Shown here one piece after another: positions 57,357 to 64,000 of a stretch of 64,000 nucleotides of DNA (position 1 is the first letter of the stretch; each line of letters opens with the position of its first letter). Source of the DNA: Parvularculales bacterium. Lineage in GTDB: Bacteria > Pseudomonadota > Alphaproteobacteria > JAPOUT01 > JBAJNM01. The notes under the pieces are model-generated. The model was not told the origin of the DNA, did no database searches, and saw only the letters and a list, made by a program, of their open reading frames with translations. The DNA lies in NCBI GenBank assembly GCA_036881865.1, contig JBAJNM010000001.1, forward strand, positions 22,847-86,846, in the 5' to 3' direction. A program made the position numbers and the translations under genes.

Positions 57357-57824
57357 ATGGCGTGGTTTTTCCGTCTCTCTTTTGGGCCATCTCTCAGCGT
57401 GGCCGTATGTCTTGTTGCTGTAGCACTCTTGGGGGCGTGTGGAGGGGCCTCTCGGGAAACGACGTATCCAGAATATGGTGAGGGTCAGGGCCGAGCCAAT
57501 GTATTTTTATGGGATGCGACGCTGAAAACGTTATCTTTTGCACCCCTATCTTCTGCTGAACGCTCAAGCGGTGTGGTTATCACCAAGTGGTATAGGCTGC
57601 CTGATAATGAAAATGAGCGGTTCAAAATCATGGCCTACATATTAAGCAACCAATTGCAGTCAAGCGCGCTGAGGGTGACACTCCTTCGCCAGATTCGCAC
57701 TGCGCCGGGTTCGGGGTGGGGCGAAGCGGTTGTTTCTCAGGAAACCGTGACGGAGTTAGAAAATATTATCCTACGGCGCGCTAGGACGTTACGGGTTGAG
57801 GCGGAGGCCGATAAAGACAATTGA
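57357..57824 (+). CDS. DUF3576-like lipoprotein
   Basis: Signal peptide with LGAC lipobox. Conserved position upstream of leuS in Rhizobiales. Confidence 0.55.
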   Translation: MAWFFRLSFGPSLSVAVCLVAVALLGACGGASRETTYPEYGEGQGRANVFLWDATLKTLSFAPLSSAERSSGVVITKWYRLPDNENERFKIMAYILSNQLQSSALRVTLLRQIRTAPGSGWGEAVVSQETVTELENIILRRARTLRVEAEADKDN

Positions 57825-60424
57825 CGGACGCCGACACATCAGGCCATATTGATATTAGCAATAGTGAGGCCCATTGGCAGAGCGCCTGGGAGGCGGCAGA
57901 TGCCTTTAAGCCCGGTACTCCGAATGATCCCCGGCCTAAATATTATGTGTTGGAGATGTTTCCCTATCCATCAGGGCGGCTTCACATGGGCCATGTGCGT
58001 AATTACACAATGGGCGATGTTGTTGCACGTTTCAGGCGCGCACGGGGGTTTAATGTGTTGCATCCCATGGGGTGGGATGCCTTTGGGTTACCCGCTGAAA
58101 ATGCGGCTATAAATAAGAGTGTTCATCCGGCTCAATGGACTAAGACCAATATTGAATCTATGCGTGTTCAGATGAAAGCGTTGGGATTGTCTTTGAACTG
58201 GGACAGAGAGATTACTACGTGTAATGTGTCTTATTATCGCCATCAGCAGTCGTTGTTTTTGGATTTTCTAGATCGGGGTCTTGTTTATCGGGGCGTTCGT
58301 GATGTTAATTGGGATCCGGTAGAGCGTACGGTACTAGCCAATGAGCAGGTCATAGACGGGCGTGGCTGGCGCTCCGGTGCGGTGGTTGAGCGCCGTTCTC
58401 TGGCGCAATGGTTTTTGGCGATTACAAAAGCGGGCGAGTCGTTGCTGACAAGTCTTGACGGTCTAAAGCGGTGGCCGGAAAAAGTACGTGTCATGCAGGA
58501 GAACTGGATTGGTCGATCTGAGGGTCTGACCATGCGCTTTGTTTTGTCCAACGTGCCACCTGATGGCGGGAGTGAAGAAGATGTTCTCGAGATATATACC
58601 ACCCGACATGATACGATTTTTGGAGCAAGCTTTTGTGCTATAGCGCCGGATCATCCGTTGGCGGTGCGTTTGGCGCAGGGTAATTCTGGGCTACGGGATT
58701 TTATAACCTCGTGTAAAAGTCAGGATACGAGCGAGGTTTCCCGGAGTATTATGGAAAAGAAGGGGTTTGATACAGGTGTTGTAGCGAGTCATCCTTTTAA
58801 TGAGGCTCAGGCATTGCCGGTTTATGTGGCCAATTTTGTACTGATGGATTATGGAACGGGTGCTATTTTTGGGTGTCCGGCGCATGACCAACGAGATTTA
58901 GAATTTGCGCACAAATATAATTTGCCGGTCTTGCCGGTGGTTATTCCTGAGGGGGAAAACCCGGACAGTTTTGCTATCGGAGATGAGGCGTTTACGGGTG
59001 TTGGGGTGTTGCGACACTCGGCTTTTTTAGAGGGCATGACCCCTGAGGAGGGCAGAGAAGAAATTGCCTGTCGTATGGAAGATACAGGATGTGGCTGGCG
59101 GACCATTCATTATCGCTTGCGGGACTGGGGGGTTTCCCGTCAGCGTTATTGGGGTTGTCCTATTCCTATTATTCATTGTGAGGTGTGCGGTATCGTTCCA
59201 GTGTCTCGTGAGGATTTGCCAGTGCAGTTGCCGGATGATGTTTCATTTGATGAGCCGGGCAATCCGTTGGAGAATCATCCCACATGGAAAAATGTGCTGT
59301 GTTCCCGCTGTGGAGTTGAGGCTACGCGCGAAACTGATACGCTTGATACATTTGTGGATTCATCGTGGTACTTTGCCCGCTTTTGTGCCCCTCAATCTGA
59401 TACTCCCACAGACACCGAGGCGGTTAACTACTGGCTTCCTGTAGACCAATATATTGGCGGTATTGAGCACGCTATTTTGCATCTTCTTTATTCGCGTTAT
59501 TTCACGCGCGCCATGAAAGAGACGGGCCATGTAACGCTGGATGAGCCTTTTGAGGGTTTGTTTACTCAGGGCATGGTCTGCCACGAGACGTATCAAACGG
59601 CGGATGGACGTTTTGTTGAACCTGACGATGTTGTTCGTCGCGAGGGTAAGGTTTTTTTTAGTGATGATCCCAAGACAGAAGTGACCGTGGGACCATCAGA
59701 AAAAATGTCAAAATCCAGAAGCAATATTGTCAATCCGGATGTTGTAGTTGCTCGTTATGGTGCAGATGTAGCGCGATGGTTTATGTTGTCTGATTCACCA
59801 CCGGAGCGAGATGTCTATTGGACCGAGGCGGGTATAGAGGGAGCAGCGCGCTTTCGCAGACGTTTTTGGCGTCTGGTAGAAGCGGCGGGTGATGATTTAT
59901 GTCCACCTGAGAGCCCCATGCCAGCACTGGAGGGTGAGGCGGCTGAAATGCGTCGTGCTGTTCATCGTATTGTGGCGGCAGTGACGGATGAGTTGGAAAG
60001 GTTGCGGTTTAATCGCGCCGTTGCTCATATTTATGAGTTGGTCAATGATGTTGCGGGGTTTCAGGAGCAAGGTGCAGGGGCTGCATGGGTGCGGCGGGAG
60101 GCTTTGGAGTTTTTGGTAAAGATTACGGCTCCTGCCATGCCTCACTTGGCTGAAAGTGCGTGGCGGGCCTTGGGACATGATACACTGGTGGCTTTGTTGC
60201 CGTGGCCGATTGTTGATGACAGTCTGCTGGTAGATAATATGGTGACCATGGCGGTTCAGGTGAACGGTAAGCGTCGTAGTGAAATCACTGTAGTGCGAGG
60301 TGCTTCGCAAGACCACATAGCACAAGAGGCGTTGGCGTGTGACAAGGTGGAGAAAATTGTTGATGGCAGAGAAATACGCAATCTTATTGTGGTGCCGGAC
60401 AGGATTGTCAACATTGTGGTCTAA
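57821..60424 (+). CDS. leuS: leucyl-tRNA synthetase
   Basis: TTG start. HMGH and KMSKS motifs. 867 aa. Confidence 0.95.
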   Translation: MTDADTSGHIDISNSEAHWQSAWEAADAFKPGTPNDPRPKYYVLEMFPYPSGRLHMGHVRNYTMGDVVARFRRARGFNVLHPMGWDAFGLPAENAAINKSVHPAQWTKTNIESMRVQMKALGLSLNWDREITTCNVSYYRHQQSLFLDFLDRGLVYRGVRDVNWDPVERTVLANEQVIDGRGWRSGAVVERRSLAQWFLAITKAGESLLTSLDGLKRWPEKVRVMQENWIGRSEGLTMRFVLSNVPPDGGSEEDVLEIYTTRHDTIFGASFCAIAPDHPLAVRLAQGNSGLRDFITSCKSQDTSEVSRSIMEKKGFDTGVVASHPFNEAQALPVYVANFVLMDYGTGAIFGCPAHDQRDLEFAHKYNLPVLPVVIPEGENPDSFAIGDEAFTGVGVLRHSAFLEGMTPEEGREEIACRMEDTGCGWRTIHYRLRDWGVSRQRYWGCPIPIIHCEVCGIVPVSREDLPVQLPDDVSFDEPGNPLENHPTWKNVLCSRCGVEATRETDTLDTFVDSSWYFARFCAPQSDTPTDTEAVNYWLPVDQYIGGIEHAILHLLYSRYFTRAMKETGHVTLDEPFEGLFTQGMVCHETYQTADGRFVEPDDVVRREGKVFFSDDPKTEVTVGPSEKMSKSRSNIVNPDVVVARYGADVARWFMLSDSPPERDVYWTEAGIEGAARFRRRFWRLVEAAGDDLCPPESPMPALEGEAAEMRRAVHRIVAAVTDELERLRFNRAVAHIYELVNDVAGFQEQGAGAAWVRREALEFLVKITAPAMPHLAESAWRALGHDTLVALLPWPIVDDSLLVDNMVTMAVQVNGKRRSEITVVRGASQDHIAQEALACDKVEKIVDGREIRNLIVVPDRIVNIVV

Positions 60425-60941
60425 AATATTGCACGGGAGTTTCTTGTGCGGTGTTTTTGTGTTATCGACGGGCTGCGGCTTTCAGCCTCTTTATGGAGAC
60501 CGGGGAAGTGGGGTGCCCTCGCTGGCGCAACAGATGGCGTCTGTTGAGGTGAAAGCGCCCTCCACCCGAACAGGGTTTCTGGTGCAGCGTCGTTTGTTGT
60601 ATGGTTTGTCGGCAGAGGGTAAGGCGGTAGCCTCTCAGGATTATGTGCTGGATATAGCTATAAACCAATGGGAGGAGGATGTTCTGCTCCAACAAGATGC
60701 CGATGTGAGCCGCCGTAACGTTGTCGTTGAGGCCTATTACACACTGGCGGATGCGGGCACGGGCCAGTATCTTTATCGCAGTAATAATAGAGCCGTTGCG
60801 GGATACAACCGATTTGATTCTGACTTTGCCAATATTGCTGCCGCTCAATCTGCTGAAATGCGGGCAGCGGAAACTGTAGCGGATAGTATCGCTACCCGCC
60901 TTGCTCTTTATTTCAGCAAAAGTGAGGAAGATACTTCATGA
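60339..60941 (+). CDS. lptE: LPS-assembly lipoprotein LptE
   Basis: Lipobox [12 protein letters not shown]. The ORF overlaps leuS by about 85 nt, so the true start is probably a TTG/GTG near 60415. Confidence 0.65.
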   Translation: MTRWRKLLMAEKYAILLWCRTGLSTLWSKILHGSFLCGVFVLSTGCGFQPLYGDRGSGVPSLAQQMASVEVKAPSTRTGFLVQRRLLYGLSAEGKAVASQDYVLDIAINQWEEDVLLQQDADVSRRNVVVEAYYTLADAGTGQYLYRSNNRAVAGYNRFDSDFANIAAAQSAEMRAAETVADSIATRLALYFSKSEEDTS

Positions 60942-62005
60942 AACTAAACCGCAGTGATATGCAGCGCTTTTTGAAATCACCCTGTGCGGGTGTTCGTCTA
61001 GCGTTAGTTTATGGTCCAGACAGAGGTTTGGCTCATGATAGGGCCAGTCATTTAGTGCGGGCGGTTGCGGGTAATGTGGATGATCCGTTTCAGGTTGCTA
61101 CCTTAACGGAGGGGGATTTAGAAAAAGACCCCGCACGTCTTGTAGATGAAGCATTGTCATTGTCTATGACCGGTGGGCGTCGTGTGGTGTGGGTGAGACA
61201 TGGTGGCAGGCGTACGGCAGAGCAGGTAGCGGCGTTATTAAAACGGCCTGTTTCTGAATCAGATGAGAGTGCTTTTGTTGTTGTGGAAGCGGGGGATTTA
61301 GCACCGTCTTCGGGTTTGCGTAAGGCCGCAGAAAAAGCAGGTGATGCTGTAGTGCTGCCTTGTTACAACGATGACAGCCAGACGTTGGGGCAGTTGGTGC
61401 GGGGTATATTAAAGGAGCATTCTCTTGTTATAGAGCCAGAGGCGCTGGATTATTTAATCACTCACTTGGGCTCAGACCGAGGGGTGACTCGCCGCGAGGT
61501 GGAAAAACTTGTGCTTTATATGGGGGGTGGTTCTGGAGAGGGGGCAGAGGAGGCTTGGGTGAGTTTGGAAGATGCCCAAACGGTTGTAGGCGACACATCA
61601 GTGTGGCGGTTGGATGCTATTGCGGATGCTACCGCCGAGGGAAACGCAGCGGCTTTGGGTCCCTCTTTGGATAGGGCTTTTATGGCTGGCACAAATCCTG
61701 TTGCTGTGTTGGCTTCCGTTTCGGAGCATTTGCGACGGTTACATTATATTGCTGTGAGGGCTGAAAAGGGCACACCTCCCGCTGTGACTATAAAATCATT
61801 GCGCCCGCCAGTGCATTTTACCCGTGCTCCTTCTGTGGCGCGGCAAATGGGGCGGTGGTCTCGTGCTCGTTTGGATAGAGCACTGGCTCTTATCACTCAA
61901 GCTGATGCGGATTGTCGCCGCACCGGTACGCCCACTCAGGCTTTGTGCGGACAGGTTCTTGTCACCATTGCCAATTTTGCGCTTGCTGCCCAAAAAAGGG
62001 GATAA
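60938..62005 (+). CDS. holA: DNA polymerase III delta subunit
   Basis: HolA-like fold. leuS-lptE-holA order is conserved. Confidence 0.82.
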   Translation: MKLNRSDMQRFLKSPCAGVRLALVYGPDRGLAHDRASHLVRAVAGNVDDPFQVATLTEGDLEKDPARLVDEALSLSMTGGRRVVWVRHGGRRTAEQVAALLKRPVSESDESAFVVVEAGDLAPSSGLRKAAEKAGDAVVLPCYNDDSQTLGQLVRGILKEHSLVIEPEALDYLITHLGSDRGVTRREVEKLVLYMGGGSGEGAEEAWVSLEDAQTVVGDTSVWRLDAIADATAEGNAAALGPSLDRAFMAGTNPVAVLASVSEHLRRLHYIAVRAEKGTPPAVTIKSLRPPVHFTRAPSVARQMGRWSRARLDRALALITQADADCRRTGTPTQALCGQVLVTIANFALAAQKRG

Positions 62006-62066
62006 ACAGGGCGTACATCCTAAGATTTCTTGCGCTGTGGGAAGCAAACTGTTAAGTCTGCGTAGA

Positions 62067-62747
62067 ATGGTAGCATCGGTTAAAATATCTCCCTCTATTC
62101 TGGCTGCCGATTTTTCTCAGCTGGGCGAGGAGGTGCGTGCATTGGATGCCGCTGGTGCAGACATTATTCACATGGATATTATGGATGGGCATTATGTGCC
62201 CAATCTCACCATAGGCCCGGGGGTTATGAAGGCTATACGGCCGTGTTCACAAAAACCTTTTGATGTGCATTTGATGATAAGCCCCGTGGATAATTTCATC
62301 GTGCCTTTTGTTGAGGCAGGGGCGGATAGTATTACGTTTCATCCGGAGGCCAGCCGTCACGCGCATCGTACGCTACAACTCATTAAGGCTACGGGATGTC
62401 GTGCTGGGGTGTCTCTTAATCCAGGAACCTCTGTGGAGTGTGTGATGCCCATGCTGGACATGATAGACTTGGTTTTGGTGATGAGTGTCAATCCGGGGTT
62501 TGGGGGGCAGACTTTTTTGGGGAGTCAGATTGGAAAAATTGAAAAATTGTCAAAGATAATAAAAGCCTCGGGTCGGGATATTGACCTACAGGTAGATGGT
62601 GGCGTGACCGTTCAGAATGCCCATCTGGTTATTGGGGCGGGGGCTACAACGTTGGTTGCGGGTACGGCGGTGTTTCAGGGGGGGGCTGAGTCTTATGAGA
62701 GCAACATTAAGGCGTTGCGATCACCAATGGGGTTACGAGCGGGGTGA
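62067..62747 (+). CDS. rpe: ribulose-phosphate 3-epimerase
   Basis: MVASVKISPSILAADF...HMDIMDGHYVPN motifs. Start trimmed from the track ORF at 61824. Confidence 0.9.
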   Translation: MVASVKISPSILAADFSQLGEEVRALDAAGADIIHMDIMDGHYVPNLTIGPGVMKAIRPCSQKPFDVHLMISPVDNFIVPFVEAGADSITFHPEASRHAHRTLQLIKATGCRAGVSLNPGTSVECVMPMLDMIDLVLVMSVNPGFGGQTFLGSQIGKIEKLSKIIKASGRDIDLQVDGGVTVQNAHLVIGAGATTLVAGTAVFQGGAESYESNIKALRSPMGLRAG

Positions 62748-62781
62748 TGCTTGCCCCAAGCTATAAGACGGAGTTCTGGGC

Positions 62782-64000
62782 GTGTGGCCTCGCCTGATAA
62801 GTAGGCTTATCCTTGTTTGGGGGAATCGGCTGTATGGGAGCAGGCTTTACAATTTGACTCTGGCAGGACCGATGCCCGATTTAGGCATAACCGGCCCGCC
62901 CAGTCTTCGGTCGGGACAAGCAGATATTGCAGAGTCTATTGTGAGGGGGGTTTATCTTTTGCCCGGAGGGCGGGTTGATACGCAAGGGCAATCACCGTTT
63001 TCTGTAAGACCACCAGATAGATTATGGGCAGAAAGCCTGAACGGGTTTAACTGGCTTACTCATTGCGCCACTGCCGATAGTGATAAGGCACGGGTGATTG
63101 CACGACACTGTGTTAGTGATTGGGTAGATCGGTGTGGCCGATGGGAAGCGGTGGCGTGGGAACCCCATATCATAGGTCGGAGATTGCTATCGTGGTTCAC
63201 CCATACGCATCTTTTGATTCAAAATACAGAGATGGTTTATCGCTCCAAAGTTATTCGTTCTATGGGACAGCAGGCGCGACATCTTACGCGGGTTGCCAAT
63301 GGTGCACCTAGTGGTCTTCCTCGATTGACAGCAGCGATGGGAGTTGTGTTGTCGGGATTGTGTTTGTCGGGAGGAGCTAAGAGGATTCCCATCGGATTAG
63401 ATTTGATGAAACGTGAATTGCAGGGGCAAATCTTGCCCGATGGGGTTCATGCTAGTCGTAATCCGGCGCTTCATTTAGACGTACTTCTTGATCTCGTGTC
63501 TATAGAGAAAGCCTTTGCGCTTGCGGGGCGCACATCGCCTGAATTTTTGAAAGAATCTATCAGGCGTTTGAGTCTTATGGTGCAATTTTTTCTCCATAGT
63601 GATGGGCGATTGGCGGTCTTTCAGGGTGGCAATGAATGTTGGGCAGATGAAATTAAGGCTGTTCTTCCTCAGGGGAACGGGTCGCAGATACCGTCTTCCG
63701 GTTTTGCACCATGGGCAGGGTATCAACGTCTACAAGGTGGTGAGACTGTGGTTCTGGTAGAAACCGGATCTGGTGAGGTGGCTTCCAAACAGGTGCCCGC
63801 TGTAGTGCCACGTCTGGCGTTTGAAATGAGCGCCGGAACTGACCGAATTATCGTGAATTGCGGAAATACGTCTTTTTTTGGTCATAAGTGGGCTGAGGCC
63901 ATGTGGTTGCCCTCGGCTCTTTCTACGTTGACCATGAATACTCAGTCCACAGGTCTTGGCTCTATGGGCGTTGGACGGTTTGCGTTTAGGGGTGCGGTCA
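62782..64000 (+). CDS. heparinase II/III-like family protein, 5' partial (runs off window)
   Basis: Open frame from about 62780 to the window end. Typical rhizobial rpe-heparinaseII/III-purH context. Start approximate. Confidence 0.45.
   Translation, partial: MWPRLISRLILVWGNRLYGSRLYNLTLAGPMPDLGITGPPSLRSGQADIAESIVRGVYLLPGGRVDTQGQSPFSVRPPDRLWAESLNGFNWLTHCATADSDKARVIARHCVSDWVDRCGRWEAVAWEPHIIGRRLLSWFTHTHLLIQNTEMVYRSKVIRSMGQQARHLTRVANGAPSGLPRLTAAMGVVLSGLCLSGGAKRIPIGLDLMKRELQGQILPDGVHASRNPALHLDVLLDLVSIEKAFALAGRTSPEFLKESIRRLSLMVQFFLHSDGRLAVFQGGNECWADEIKAVLPQGNGSQIPSSGFAPWAGYQRLQGGETVVLVETGSGEVASKQVPAVVPRLAFEMSAGTDRIIVNCGNTSFFGHKWAEAMWLPSALSTLTMNTQSTGLGSMGVGRFAFRGAV

Overview
Origin-proximal chromosomal segment of an alphaproteobacterium, with Rhizobiales-type gene order and about 50% GC. 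Almost every gene is conserved core: irr-fabABI, pnp-rpsO-truB-rbfA-infB-nusA-rimP, cysQ, dnaKJ, hslVU, hisB-(DUF2628)-hisHAFE-coaA, nth, ada-like, gpmA, dapB, mltA, tim44-like, fxsA, secB, dnaQ-coaE-aroE-maf-DUF299, hemE-hemH-hemJ-rho, mnmE-mnmG-rsmG-parAB, leuS-lptE-holA-rpe. The 490-bp AT-rich hemE/DUF299 intergenic region (40153-40644) is the position of the replication origin in Caulobacter and Sinorhizobium, and it carries a CtrA-type TTAA-N7-TTAA motif and degenerate DnaA boxes. Two places break the core synteny and are the most interesting. The first is a single-gene defence candidate, a DUF262 (ParB/Srx-like, DGQQR motif) protein fused to a Cys4 HNH nuclease, wedged between dnaJ and hslU as a GmrSD-like type IV restriction enzyme variant. 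The second is a 6.6-kb accessory insert between rho and mnmE. It holds an HD-domain protein and a 943-codon MmeI-like type IIL restriction-modification gene that is one continuous frame except for two in-frame nonsense codons (TAG at 47477, TGA at 48155). It also holds a dienelactone hydrolase and a DUF255 thioredoxin-domain gene broken by two compensating frameshifts. Other points: katG sits immediately downstream of, and co-directional with, irr, with no oxyR. A terminator-like hairpin with a U-tract lies in the rimP-nusA-infB leader. A textbook sigma-32 promoter precedes dnaK. A parS-like palindrome lies in the 5' end of rsmG. No rRNA, tRNA, transposase, integrase or CRISPR array was seen. 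Coordinates of short motifs read by eye may be off by 1-2 nt.
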